Shown in pieces: positions 49,686-63,200 of a stretch of 64,000 nt of DNA. The translations under genes were made by a program, and so were the position numbers. The DNA is from Dendrobates tinctorius (Eukaryota), in assembly GCF_039654945.1 (NCBI RefSeq), contig NW_027361686.1, positions 806,001 through 870,000 of the forward strand, in the 5' to 3' direction. The number at the start of each line of letters is the position of its first letter. The first letter of the stretch is position 1. A model generated the notes under the pieces. It ran no database searches, had not been told where the DNA came from, and saw only the letters and a program-made list of their open reading frames with translations.

Positions 49686-50819
49686 TACATCGATGACATC
49701 CTCTTGGTCTGGCAGGGCACGGCCGTCGACCTTACGCAATTTATGGGATGTCTCAACAGTAGTGATCTAAATATCACTCTCACATTTGAGTATGATATGG
49801 CCAGGATTAATTTCTTGGATGTGACTATTTGAAAGGATGACAGTGGGAATGTGCCTACTGATATTTTTTGCAAACCGACCTCCACAAACACCCTGCTACA
49901 TGCTTCTTCCTGCCATCCCCGACATATGGTGTCGTCAATACCGGTGGGACAATTCCTTCGCCTTCGTAGAATATGCTCTAACGATGCCGATTTTGAGAGG
50001 CGGGCGGAGGAATTGAGGACACGTTTTTATGAACGTGGTTATAGTAGGCGAGTTGTGAAGAAGGCTTACCACAGGGCGAAACATTCTACTCGAAACCGTT
50101 TATTGTATAAACAATATAGTGATAAATCTGAGGGTGGGACTCAGTGTAGATTTATTACGACATTTCACCCGCATGCTGACAGGGTGCGATCTGCACTTAC
50201 TAAGGCCTGGCCCATTCTACAGGTGGATCCCGTGGTTGGTAAATTTCTCCCTAAACGTCCCTTAATCATGTTTAGGCGTGCTAGGAATCTACGGGATTTG
50301 CTAACTAAGAGTCATTATGTTGGTCAGCAACCCAGGACATTTTTGGATAATTTTCCCGTCACAGGTCCGTGTGGTCGCTGTGTGGCATGTCCCAACGTGG
50401 ATAGGTGCTATAATTTTCATAATTCGAGTGGTACAAGGGAATTTATGATTAAGAAACGAATCACTTGTACTACACACTATGTAGTATACTATGCAACCTG
50501 TCCTTGTGGACTTATCTATGTTGGGATGACGACAAGACAGTTTAAGGTTCGTGTTCGTGAACACGTCCTCGGCATTCAAGCTGCTGTTTGCCATACGGAC
50601 GAGGTCACCTTAAAAACTATCCCAAGACACTTTAAAGCCCTTCATCATTGTAATAGTACCCTTCTTAGGGTTAGAGGGATTGATGTCCTCGACATCAATA
50701 TTAGGGGAGGTAATTTATCAAAACGACTGGGCCAGTTGGAATCCCGTTGGATTTGGACCTTGGGGACTGTTCAACCTCTGGGATTGAATGAAAATATAAG
50801 TTTTGTGCCGTTCCTATAG
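49686..50819 (+). pseudogene. Penelope RT C-terminus, Cys-rich linker and GIY-YIG endonuclease (truncated copy)
   Basis: YIDD, INFLDV, CGRCVAC, VVYYATCPCGLIYVGMTTR...R.REH, ESRWI...GLNE. Confidence 0.92.
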
Positions 50820-51779
50820 TCACTAGTGCACCGTGTTCTGATGTTATTCTGCATTTTTTATTTTATTTGAATATAGTTTAATTTGTGTTTTTTGTGTTTT
50901 GTTATTTAGTTACGTGTGCCGTTATATTTATCATCTTCTATTCTGGAAGTATGGATATTCGTGATCAACAGGGCCTGAGATGTGCTGCTCCATCTATGGT
51001 GGTTCTTCTCTTCTTGGACCGACGAAGGATCCTGATTTATAGTTTTATATTGGACTTTGGGTTATTCGTGTCCATCATACGTATTTGTTTTTTGGCGGGA
51101 GTGATGTGTTTACTACTCATCTTTAATATGCTCTGTGTCGTATATATTATGTGGGGTGTTATACATTTGTGAGCATTTTGTTTAGGAAGTGTTTTTGAAT
51201 AATTTGGGGTACTATATAATTTACTGTGTCCGACAGTATGGAATTTAAATTGTTTTTGACATCTAGGTACGGATATTTTATATGCATGGGTTTGCGGTAT
51301 ATACTGCTGATATGTGCTATGATGCTGTTTAATATTGTCTTTATTGTTATATTGTACTGTACTTCTGTATATTAAGCATGTGCGCTATCGACGTATGACC
51401 TCGCAATTCCAATACTTCTATTTATTGTATTGTTGTTTTTTTGTAACATTCATGTATTCTTATTATATATGTCCCCTTTATTTAGATGCTCATTTTTCTT
51501 GGCATGTCTGTACATCTGTGAACGGCATATTGGTGTAATCTGTTTTTGACATTAATATCTATCCCCCACTCTATGTCCAATGACGTATGTCAGAACTGTA
51601 ACTATTGTCATACATGTATTAGCACCATGAGTGTTTACCCTGGATCTTTGTGATGGGTGTACATGATCTGGTGTCTTATTGGTTATCTATATGTATGCCA
51701 GGACCTCTGATGCGGTTTGAATGGTCTTTTTTCATATATGTGCCAGCAATTAAAATGGCCCTCCGGTCTCTAGTTATTG

Positions 51780-51970
51780 CGGGCGCATGCGCTGTAGTGC
51801 CCGCCGTGTCTGCTAGCCTGCATCTCGGCAGTGCGTTGGTTTCCGGATCACGTGGGGCCCCACGTGTTTCAGGTTTCTGACGACATGTTGTAGCACGGGC
51901 TGGGGGCGCGGCGGACGCTGTGGTGACGTCACCGCATGAGACTTCCGGATTCCTTGACTATTTAAAGTGA
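51780..51970 (+). promoter_or_regulatory. Putative pLTR promoter (repeated at ~56618-56805)
   Basis: Local CpG-rich patch with GCGCATGCGC, CACGTG, TGACGTCA, ACTTCCGG and TATTTAAA just upstream of the hammerhead. Confidence 0.5.
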
Positions 51971-51990
51971 CGGCTCCTGCCCTATGCTAT

Positions 51991-52033
51991 GCCCCTTGAG
52001 GAAGGCATATTTTGCCGAAACGCGCGTCGGGGT
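51991..52033 (+). ncRNA. Minimal type I hammerhead ribozyme (predicted cleavage after C52028)
   Basis: GCCCC-UUGAGGA-A-GGCA uauuu UGCC-GAAAC-GCGC-GUC-GGGGU. Confidence 0.85.
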
Positions 52034-52622
52034 AGGCGGGCTGACCCTGTGCAATATCCACCTGACCGGAGGTATGTTTGTCATGTTCATATGATGATTC
52101 TTGTTTGTGGGCAGGGTTTTTTCTCCCTACCATGGGCCATGTGGATATGTCTTGGGGTGATGTTGCCCCACTTATTATATGACTTTCCATGTTGGGGGAA
52201 TGGCCAATGTAGCCTTGTCATATTTGCTCTGCCCATATTTATATTCATCGTGCACTATATTTAGTGACACTCCTACTTTTCTGCCGTGTGGATCCCTCTG
52301 CTCTGGGTTTTAGCCCCCCCTGGGCATTTTTATGCTGGAATTCATCTGATTCCATCTTTTAGCGCTATTGTTGCAGTCTGTCTGTTTTTTATGAAGGATG
52401 TGTTCAATAAAGATATTCTAATATTAACTCTTCTTGGACGCTGTGACTCCTTTCTGTTCTCCCATGTGTTTGCCTTCTTAATGCAGTTGTCTAAAGTACT
52501 TGTCCTGACTGTGGGTTTCTGATTTTTGTAATTTTTACTTTGACATTTATGATACCCACTATGTTCATCAGATAGTTTATATTTGTGTTGCTGTGTTATG
52601 CACAGGTGTTTCTTCCGATGAA

Positions 52623-55600
52623 ATGGACTATCGGGCCAAAGAAAAAGTATGGCTCAACCAATTGGAACAGACTTTTGGTAGTTTTGGGGCTGGTACACGG
52701 TGCTCTGGTGGCCCTGGGAGCGACGACAAAATATTGGCTATTAAGAATGCAGTGATTAAACGGTCTAAATTGTGGTGGAATAAGAGCTTCTTGGATAAAT
52801 ACATCACAAATAATATGATACCCAGAGGTCTCAGGGTCCGCGTGGTTCCAACTTTTCCAGTGGCGAATGATCAATTTATCCAAAAATGGGAGGAAGCCTT
52901 GAATGTGTGCTCTTTCACACTTATGCAGCTCCTGATTAATCTGAATATGCATAGTATTGACGATCTTGATAAATTAATTGATGACATGCAAACAGCCGTA
53001 CGGACTGACTGTTCAAAAGAGAAAATTCAAGAGTTGGATAAGGATCTGGAAAGATCTCTGGATACATTGGTAGTGAACATTCAGGAGAATCAAGCTTCAA
53101 AATATAATAGAGATCTACAGGACTACCAGAACAACAGAGTATACCTGTGGAGGAAGAGTAATGTAAATTTATTACGAACACCATCGAGTGCTTCGCTTTC
53201 CTCTCTGAGTGGACAGTCAGATGTCTCCGTTTCCTCGGGTCCTACACGTCTACGGGATCATTCATATCATCCATATAGGAGACAATATGTCCATCAATCC
53301 AACCTGGGAAAAAGGGATAATAGGGTGATTAACCTGAGTCAGTATTCACTTTCTCCTTATGATATTTCCCTGCTGGGCATGGGTCTTTCTTTTTCACCAA
53401 CCTCTGAGTTTGACACATTCACCACTGTCAAGGATTTGCACTTATTCGCTAGATCACTGCTGATGAAACGACATTTCTTTGATAATGACCTCAATAATCT
53501 CTTTCCAACAGAGGAAGAACAAAAAGCCTTAAGAACGCTGGAGGAGTTGGCGGTGGAGCACATCCATGATGGGGGTAAGATTCCCCCCTCAATTCGGCCT
53601 CATTCCAATAAGTTCTCCCCCCTGGCCTCTTGCTCTAATATTGAGCTTTTTGTCGAGGTGGTGACTCGGGAACTCCGTAAAATTCCGAGGTTCTCGAGTA
53701 ATGATAATTTAACTAGGGAAGAACGTAGTAGATTAAAATATTTTCAAATTTTACCGGATGTGGTGCTGAAGCCGGCTGACAAAGCTGGTAATGTCGTTCT
53801 GTGGCCTAAAAAGCTATATGAGGATGAAGCCTTCCGTCAGCTGAACAATAATTATGTTACAAGAAATTAACCTACAACCCCGAGTGCGTATTCCTCACAA
53901 TTGGAGGTCACTGAACGCAGGGCGGCACAGAACGACGTTATCACTAGGGAGCTGGCTTCGGCACTACTTGTCCCTGAGCCAACGGTGGCTACGTTTTATC
54001 TACTACCTAAAGTCCATAAAGACTTGAAGTCGCCACCTGGACGTCCGATTGTGTCAGGGAGGGGTAACTTTTTGAAACACATTAATCGTTGGATTGACTT
54101 CCACCTACAACCCCTCGTAATAACTCTTCCTTCGTATCTTAAGGATACGGGAGATTTATTGCGTAGGGTTGATGGCCTTTGCCTTGAGGGTGAATCCCTC
54201 CTAGTTCCATCAGATGTAGAGTCCCTTTACACAAACATAAAACACAAAGATGGCATTGCTGCAGTTCAATTCTTTCTTCAGACATCAAGTCTATCTAGTG
54301 GTTTGAGGGGACTCCTGCTGGAACTGTTGGAATTCACCCTCACTCACAATTTTTTTGTGTTTAAGGGGTCCTTTTTCCTGCAGCTCCAGGGAACAGCCAT
54401 GGGGGCGGCCTTTGCGCCGGTCTATGCTAATCTGTTCCTGGGGCTGTGGGAGAGGGACCTCTTTCTGTCGGACCGGCTGTTATCGATGGACCGCGTCCCT
54501 TTTTGGGCGTGTACATCGATGACATCCTCTTGGTCTGGCAGGGCACGGTCGTCGACCTTACGCAATCTTTGGGATGTCTCAACAGTAGTGATCTAAATAT
54601 CACTCTCACATTTTGAGTATGATATGGCCAGGATTAATTTCTTGGATGTGACTATTTGCAAGGATGACAGTGGGAATGTGTCTACTGATATTTTTCGCAA
54701 ACCGACCTCCACAAACACCCTGCTACATGCTTCTTCCTGCCATCCCCGACATATGGTGTCGTCAATACCGGTGGGACAATTCCTTCGCCTTCGTAGAATA
54801 TGCTCTAACGATGCCGATTTTGAGAGGCGGGCGGAGGAATTGAGGACACGTTTTTATGAAAGTGGTTATAGTAGGCGAGTTGTGAAGAAGGCTTACCACA
54901 GGGCGAAACATTCTACACGAAACCGTTTATTGTATAAACAATATAGTGATAAATCTGAGGGTGGGACTCAGTGTAGATTTATTACGACATTTCACCCGCA
55001 TGCTGACAGGGTGCGATCTGCACTTACTAAGGCCTGGCCCATTCTACAGGTGGATCCCGTGGTTGGTAAATTTCTCCCTAAACGTCCCTTAATCACGTTT
55101 AGGCGTGCTAGTAATCTACGGGATTTGTTAACTAAGAGTCATTATGTTAGTCAGCAAACTAGGACATTTTTGGATAATTTTCCCATCACAGGTGGCTGTA
55201 CTCTGTGTGGTCGCTGTGTGGCATGTCCCAACGTGGATAGGTGCTATAATTTTCATAATTCGAGTGGTACAAGGGAATTTATGATTAAGAAACGAATCAC
55301 TTGTACTACCCGCTATGTAGTATACTATGCAACCTGTCCTTGTGGACTTATCTATGTTGGGATGACGACAAGACAGTTTAAGGTTCGTGTTCGTGAACAC
55401 GTCCTCGGCATTCAAGCTGCTGTTAGCCATACGGACGAGGTCACCTTAAAAACTATCCCCAGACACTTTAAAGCCCTTCATAATTGTGATAGTACCCTTC
55501 TTAGGGTTAGAGGGATTGATGTCCTCGACATCAATATTAGGGGAGGTAATTTATCAAAACGACTGGGCCAGTTGGAATCCCGTTGGATTTGGAACTTGGG

Positions 55601-55655
55601 GACTGTTCAACCTCTGGGATTGAATGAAAATATAAGTTTTGTGCCGTTCCTATAG
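52623..55655 (+). pseudogene. Penelope full-length ORF (N-terminal domain, RT, linker, GIY-YIG) with a few frameshifts
   Basis: IPRGLR, VINLS...GLSFSP, KPADKAG, FYLLPKVHK...PGRPIVSG, DVESLYTNI, GTAMGA, YIDD, GIY-YIG. Confidence 0.93.
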
Positions 55656-56828
55656 TCACTAGTGCACCGTGTTCTGATGTTATTCCGCATTTTTTATTTT
55701 ATTTGAATATAGTTTAATTTGTGTTTTGTTATTTAGTTACGTGTGCCGTTATATTTATCATCTTCTATTCCGGAAGTATGGATATTCGTGATCAACAGGG
55801 CCTGAGATGTGCTGCTCCATCTATGGTGGTTCTTCTCTTCTTGGACCGACGGAGGATCCTAATTTATAGTTTTATACTGGACTTTGGGTTATTCGTGTCC
55901 ATCATACGTATTTGTTTTTTGGCGGGAGTGATGTGTTTACTACTCATCTTTAATATGCTCTGTGTCGTATATATTATGTGGGGTGTTATACATTTGTGAG
56001 CATTTTGTTTAGGAAGTGTTTTTGAATAATTTGGGGTACTATATAATTTACTGTGTCTGACAGTATGGAATTTAAATTGTTTTTGACATCTAGGTTTGGA
56101 TATTTTATATGCAGGTTTGCGGTGTATACTGCTATGTGCTATGATGCTGTTTAATATTGTCTTTATTGTTATATTGTACTGTACTTCTGTATATTAAGCA
56201 TGTGTGCATTAAGCATGTGTGCTATCGACGTATGACCTCGTAATTCCAATACTTCTATTTATTGTATTGGTGTTTTTTGTAACATTCATGTATTCTTATT
56301 ATATGCGTCCCCTTTATTTAGATGCTCATTTTTCTTGGCATGTCTGTACATCTGTGAATGGCATATTGATGTAATCTGTTTTTGACATTAATATCTCTAT
56401 CCCCCACTCTATGTCCTATGAAGTATGTTAGAACTGTAACTATTGTCATACATGTATTAGCACCTTGAGTGTTTACCCTGGATCTTTGTGATGGGTGTAC
56501 ATGATCTGGTGTCTTATTGGTTATCTATATGTATGCCAGGACCTCTAATGCGGTTTGAATGGTCTTTTTTCATATATGTGCCAGCAATTAAAATGGCCCT
56601 CCGGTCTCTAGTTATTGCGGGCGCATGCGCTGTAGTGCCCGCCGTGTCTGCTAGCCTGCGTCTCAGCAGTGCGTTGGTTTCCGGATCACGTGGGGCCCCA
56701 TGTGTTTCTGTTTTCTGACGACCTGTTGTAGCGCGGGCTGGGGGCGCAGCGGAAGCTGTGGTGACATCACCGCATGAGACTTCCGGATTCCTTGACTATT
56801 TAAAGTGACGGCTCCTGCCCTATGCTAT

Positions 56829-56871
56829 GCCCCTTGAGGAAGGCATATTTTGCCGAAACGCGCGTCGGGGT
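56829..56871 (+). ncRNA. Second, identical minimal type I hammerhead ribozyme (cleavage after C56866)
   Basis: Same 43-nt sequence as 51991-52033. Confidence 0.85.
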
Positions 56872-57414
56872 AGGCGGGCTGACCCTGTGCAATATCCACC
56901 TGACCGGAGGTATGTTTGTCATGTTCATATGATGATTCTTTTGTTTGTGGGCAGGGTTTTTTCTCCCTACCATGGGCCATGTGGATATGTCTTGGGGTGA
57001 TGTTGCCCCACTTATTATATGACTTTCCATGTTGGGGGAATGGTCAATGTAGCCTTGTCATATTTGCTCTGCCCATATTTTTGTATTCATTGTGCACTAT
57101 ATTTAGTGACACACCTACTTTTCTGCCGCGTGGATCCCTCTGCTCTGGGTTTTAGCCCCCCTGGGCATTTTTATGCTGGAATTCATCTGATTCCATCTTT
57201 TAGCGCCATTGTTGCAGTCTGTCTGTTTTTATGAAGGATGTGTTCAATAAAGATATTCTAATATTAACTCTTCTTGGACGCTGTGACTGCTTTCTGTTCT
57301 CCCATGTGTTTGCCTTCTTAATGCAGTTGTCTAAAGTACTTGTCCTGACTGTGGGTTTCTGATTTTTGTAATTTTTACTTTGACATTTATGATACCCACT
57401 ATGTTCATCAGATA

Positions 57415-59330
57415 TTTTGTTCTTTTAAATGAGGAATCGGCATCATCTTCCGGACGGAGATTATACAATTTCTTATAATAATCGAGAAATGCCCGCTGCA
57501 TGTGCTCAGGATTTTGCGAGCTTGACCCCTGATAATTTTTGATTGCGTTAATCAGCGTACGTGTTTGCCGTTTCCTCAGTTGCGATAGCATCAATTTGGA
57601 AGCTTTGTCTCCATGGACGTACATTCTGTTTTTCCTTGTTGCATAAAGCTTAGCAGTTCTCGAGCTTAATATGATTTTAAGTTGTTGTCTTTTTTGTTGT
57701 AGCTTCTCTAGGCTATGTTGATCCATTTTATGTTTATGTGTAAGCTCAAGCTGCGATATACTATCATAAAGATCCTGGATTTCTTTTTGCTGAAGTTTAT
57801 TTAGAAAGGAGGTGATAGAAATCATCTCCCCTCTGGCAACTGACTTATGTGCTTCCCATAGTATTTGTGGGGATATTTCTGGCGTAGCATTTTGTTCAAA
57901 ATATTGGGAAAACACTTTGTTCATAAGCGCCTGTACTTCGGTACTTCCGAGTACTAACTCATTGAGTCGCCATACCCTGTGACGGGGAAAGGTTTTGGAG
58001 AGTGAGAGTTTTAACAAAACCGCTGAGTAATCGGAGTAAATATTCGGGATTATTTTCGCCTGTTGTATATTGGCGAGCATTTTACTGGGTACAAAAATAT
58101 AGTCTAAACGGTGGTAAGATTTATGGGGGTGAGAGTAGAAAGTATAGTCTCAGTCGGAGGGGTTTAAATATCTCCATGTGCAAATTAACTGTAGAGATCC
58201 CAGTTGTGACTTTATTCTACATAGATCTTTAGGTGAGAACGAACTTTTCTGTTTGGTCGTGTCCATCAAGGCTCTAATGCAACATTAAAGTTCCCACCCA
58301 CTATCAAAGTATCCTCTCTAAAGCCATCTATTTTTCTCAATGTTGAAAGTACCCATCTCAATAGTTTTTATTCGGTGCGTAGAGACTGCATAATGTTACA
58401 AGGGCGCCATTTAATAGACCCTTAACAAAGATATAACGACCCTGAGGATCCGCCAATGTTTCTCTTAGCTGGAAGGACACTCCCCTCGCCACTGCTATCA
58501 AGACCCCCCCCTGGAACCGGACTGGGTAGTTGTCGCGTGGAACCATTTATCATATACCGAGCGTTCAAAGGAGGGCAATTTATCCGGTTTAAAGTGCGTT
58601 TCCTGAATAAGCAATACCGCTGCCTGCTGTTTTTTGAATAGTTGTAAAGTGTGGCGTCTTGTGTTTGAAGAGTTCAGCCCATGTGCGTTAAAAGAAATGA
58701 ATGTATGTACCTTATCCGAATCCATCATGCTGCTGTACATAATAGTATCCTTGCGTTTCACAGTGAAGATCAATCCTTGTGCCTATAGGAGTGGGGAGGG
58801 GGACTAGGAGAGGTATATCGAGGGGAGGGAAGAAAAGTAGAGAGGAAACAAAGAAGTGAAGAGGGGGGAAACAAAACATTTACAACATCCATGTTATTGT
58901 ATTACAGGATACCATTGACCACTGTTTCAACGAACCATAGTTATCTATTAACATTGTTTCACAGTGCGCCAGCTTAAGGGAAATTCTAACAAACCTTATA
59001 ATCTAAGTATGTAATGATCCACTCTATGGGACTGCCCAGTTTGGGTTGTAAATAACTCTAGGTTACAGCCTTATAAAGGGTTCTCGAATAGATGTGGCAG
59101 TAGTGTTTACCCTTATTTGGAAAAACACACCAACACCATCAAATCTACTTCAACCCATATTCGATACCCCGACTGGGGTAGACACCAAGAAATATTAACT
59201 GTAAAACCTGGATCTAACTTAAAGATCAAGTAGTGTCTCTGGAGTCCTTAGGAGGCGAGGTCTTCGCCAGCATCCTTTTCAGTCTTTGTTGTTGTGAGTT
59301 CATTTTCCCCTTCGCCGTCGATGTCTGATG
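57415..59330 (-). mobile_element. L1 fragment: ORF2 endonuclease and linker, inter-ORF spacer, possible ORF1 tail
   Basis: SFNAHGLNS...LIQETHF, DPQGRYIFV...LYAPN, VGGNFN, SDYS, WRLN, LWEAHK. Confidence 0.87.
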
Positions 59331-59379
59331 ATCTCCCTCTTCTGGTGAAGGAAGGTAGTGAGGCTGATTACCAAACACC

Positions 59380-60106
59380 TGATCTGGTAGATGATGACTG
59401 GGTAACAGGAAATTATGACTGGATATAAGGCAACTGACGCCCTTCTGAGTCGCTGGTGATTTCTCTGCTGGATTCTTGGAGACCAGTCTGATTCCTGCTT
59501 CCAAAGATAAGTTTTTTGCTCTGCTAGTGAACTTATTAGTTTTGTTTACCTTGTTTTTTGGAGTTCAGCCATCCCCGGTCGGGGGTGTGCTGAGTTCCAT
59601 TTTTGTCTCTGATCAGTTTGTCTTTTTGCTCTGTCTTCAGAATTTACCTGAGTGCTGATATAGTCTTTTTGAAGTCCTAGCGACTTCAGGGCCTGTTTTT
59701 CCTATCAGACGGTTGGGACTTTTTTGGTAGGGTTTTTTGCTGATTGCAGACAGCGGCATTTCTATCCTATCCTTTTTAGTTAGCTTGGGCCCCATCATTT
59801 GCTCAACCTATCTTTCTATCTGTGTTAGTGTTTTCATCTTGCTTCACCGTCATGATATGTTGGGGGCTGCCTATTGCTTTGGAGTCTGCTCTGGGGCAGT
59901 TTAGATTTCCCCTTTCTTTCTTTAGGCCTATTTAGTTCTCCGGCTGTGATCGAGGGGTCTAGGGCATCGTAGGAACCCCCCACGGCTACTGTTAGTTGTT
60001 GTGGATAGGATCAGGGGTCTGCAATCCGATAGCTACCAACCTCTCCGGTTTTCTGGACTTAGCTTGTATTTTTGTTTTTTCCTCCTTCGGTGACTCGTTC
60101 ATAACA
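59380..60106 (+). repeat. 5' LTR of the right-hand Gypsy element (5' end not found)
   Basis: TATAAG at ~59424, ends ...cataACA, homologous to 290-747, lies directly upstream of gag. Confidence 0.75.
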
Positions 60107-60258
60107 GAATCACCAGCCATACCGCAGATCCTAGGGTACTCAATAGCAGGAAAGAATTGTTAAGAAAAAAGAGTTTGTCAGAATTTTTTTTTTCTTTTTG
60201 TGTATATTTTTTCCTCTATGTCTCTGAGGCCGCAGGGGGAATTTTTTTTTCTTTCTCA

Positions 60259-63200
60259 ATGGAGATGAAGCAATTGTCTGATCGTGTGGAGCAGCTCACT
60301 GCTGAAGTGCAGGGAATTTCCGCCTATCTTGCTCATTCACATGCTGCTGAACCAAAGATCCCTACTCCTGATGTGTTTTTTGGGGATCGGTCTAAATTTT
60401 TGAATTTTAGGAATAATTATTTTTTGCCTTGAAGCCTAACTCGTCGGGGAGCTCCGCGCAGCAGGTTAAAATTGTCATCTCTTTGCTGCGCGGCGATCCC
60501 CAGGATTGGGCGTTCTCTTTGAAACCTGATGATCCTATTCTTACTAATGTGAACGCATTTTTTCAAGCCTTGGGGTTGTTGTATGATGAACCTAATGCTA
60601 TTGATCAGGCTGAAAAGGCCCTGTTGGCATTGAGCCAGGGTCGGGATTCTGCAGAGTTGTACTGTCAAAAATTCCGAAAGTGGGCGGTCCTTACTACCTG
60701 GAATGATGGTGCCTTGGCAGCTCTCTTTCGGAAGGGTTTGTCAGAAACCATAAAAGATACTATGGTAGGATTTCCTGTTCCCTCTGGTCTTGACGATTCT
60801 ATGTCATTAGCCATTCAGGTTGATCGTCGTTTGCGTGAACGCAAAACCGCACGAGAGGTGTTGCCACCTGTTGAACAAATGTCTGAACCTATGCAATGTG
60901 ATAGAGTTTTGTCTAGGGCGCAACGTCAGGAGTTCAGAAGGCGTAATAAGCTGTGTTTCTTCTGTGGTGATGCATCACATATTATTTCTGTCTGCCCTAA
61001 ACGAGAGAAACGTTGTGCACACACGTTTTCTGTGGGTGGTGTTCAACCTAAGTTTCTTCTGGCAATTACTATGATCTGCTCCCTGTCCACATTTTCCGCC
61101 AAGGCTTTTGTGGATTCGGGAGCAGCCCTGAATCTAATGGATTTGGATTTTGCTAAACGTTGTGGATTTCCGATGACACCCCTGCGGACGCCTATCCCTT
61201 TGGGGGGGATTGATGCTACTCCTTTGGCGAAAAATAAACCTCAGTTTTGGACCCAGGTGGTAATGCGGGTCGCCCCAGGCCATCAAGAGAATTGCAGATT
61301 TTTGGTGTTGCATAATTTGCATGATACCATTGTTCTGGGGTTTCCCTGGTTGCAAATCCATAATCCAGTTTTGGATTGGAAATCTGTGTCTGTGGTGAGT
61401 TGGGGTTGTCGGTGTGCCCTTAGTGACGCTCCTGTTTTCTCCACCTCTCCCCAGTCGCATGATGTTCCTGACTATTTGGCTGATTATGATGTATTTAGTG
61501 AGAATGAGTCTGCGTCTTTGCCTCCTCATAGGAGTTATGACTGTGCAATTGAGCTGAGCCCTGGGTTTAAATTTCCCAAGGGTCGACTTTTCAATTTATC
61601 TGTACCCGAACACGAGGCTATGCAATCCTATATTAAGGAGTCGTTGGAGAAGGGTCATATTAGACCATCCTCTTCACCCTTAGGTGCTGGGTTTTTTTTC
61701 GTGGCTAAGAAAGATGGGTCATTAAGGCCTTGTATTGACTATCGTTCCCTCAACAAAATTACTGTTAAATATCAGTATCCGTTACCCCTGATTTCAGATC
61801 TATTCTCCAGAGTTAAAGATGCTTGCTGGTTTACAAAGCTTGACCTCAGGGGGGCGTATAATCTTATTCGCATTAAGCATGGGGATGAATGGAAGACGGC
61901 GTTTAATACTCCGGAGGGACATTTTGAGCACCTGGTGATGCCTTTTGGGCTCACTAATGCCCCTTCTGTCTTCCAGTGCTTCATGAACGACATTTTCCGA
62001 GACTTTGTGGATAAATTTTTGATTATCTATCTGGATGATATTTTGATCTTCTCCAAGGATTGGGATTCTCATGTGGAACATGTTCGGACTGTGTTCCGGA
62101 TCTTGAGGGAGAATTCCCTGTATGTCAAAGGATAGAAATGCCTTTTGGGGTACAGAGGATTTCATTTTTGGGATTTATTTTGTCTCCGTCAACTATTGAA
62201 ATGGACCCGGCCAAGGTACAGGCCATTTATGATTGGGTTCAGCCCACTTCTTTGAAGGCCCTCCAGAAATTTTTGGGTTTTGCTAATTTTTATCGTAAAT
62301 TTATAGCTAATTTTTCTGGTATTGCCAAACCATTGACTGATTTGACTAAGAAGGGTGCTGACGTGCTGAATTGGTCTCCGGAGGCTGTTTCTTCCTTTCA
62401 GGAGCTGAAGCGAAGGTTCACTTCTGCTCCGGTTTTGTGGCAACCTGATGTCTCACTCCCATTTCAGGTAGAGGTGGACGCTTCTGAGATTGGTGCAGGA
62501 GCTGTTTTGTCCCAAAAAGATCCTGTAACATCTAAAATGAATCCCTGTGCTTTCTTTTCCCGAAAGTTCTCCCCATCCGAACGTAACTATGATGTGGGGA
62601 ATCGGGAACTGTTAGCCATGAAATGGGCATTTGAGGAGTGGAGATATTGGTTGGAGGGAGCTAAACATCAAGTCGTGGTCCTTACTGACCACAAGAATTT
62701 GATTTACCTGGAGTCGGCCAAACGCTTGAATCCTAGACAGGCTAGGTGGGCCTTGTTTTTCACGTTTTGATTTTGTGGTCTCTTTTCTTCTGGGCACTAA
62801 GAATGTCAAGGCAGACGCCCTCTCTAGGAGTTTCTTTGCTGATTCTCCTGTTGTGACCAAGCCTGCTACCATCTTAGGTGAGGGGGTAGTTATTTCTGCA
62901 ATCTTGCCCGATTTGAGACGTGCTCTGGAAGAGTTTCAGGAGGACAAACCTAAGCGTTGTCCCATTGGAAAATTGAATGTTCCTGACCAGTGGAGGAAGA
63001 GAGTGATGTCTGAAGTTCATTGCTATGCATTAGCTGGTCATCCAGGTATTTTTGGTACTAGAGATTTGGTGAGTCGGTCTTTTTGGTGGCCCGCCTTGTC
63101 TCGTGATGTCAGGAATTTTGTGCAGTCCTGTGGGACTTGCTCTCGGTCTAAACCTTGTTCTCGTTCTAGTGGGTTGTTGATGCCTTTGCCGGTGCCCAGG

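Larger units (their letters stand above)
49665..57414 (+). mobile_element. Penelope-like element (Neptune-like) in partial tandem: 5'-truncated copy plus pLTR, then full-length ORF plus pLTR
   Basis: ~2.9-kb near-identical direct repeats (49685-52574 and ~54511-57414), RT plus GIY-YIG, 5' hairpin, hammerheads. Confidence 0.93.

Noticed and set aside
48729-49739. 336-aa ORF that looks like a novel fusion
   Set aside because: It is the L1 ORF2 C-terminus extended into the antisense of the Penelope hairpin
49830-49832. In-frame TGA in Penelope copy 1 aligned with TGC (Cys, 54657-54659) in copy 2, suggesting selenocysteine as in Naiad elements
   Set aside because: It is a single substitution in the truncated copy at a non-catalytic position, and no SECIS was recognised, so a nonsense mutation is simpler
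50885-51172. Hydrophobic small ORF present in both Penelope repeats
   Set aside because: T-rich UTR with non-ATG starts; identity is explained by recent duplication
60429-62135. Domesticated PEG10/RTL1-like host gene
   Set aside because: It has an LTR, a full RT-RH-IN set and frameshifts, so it is an ordinary retrotransposon
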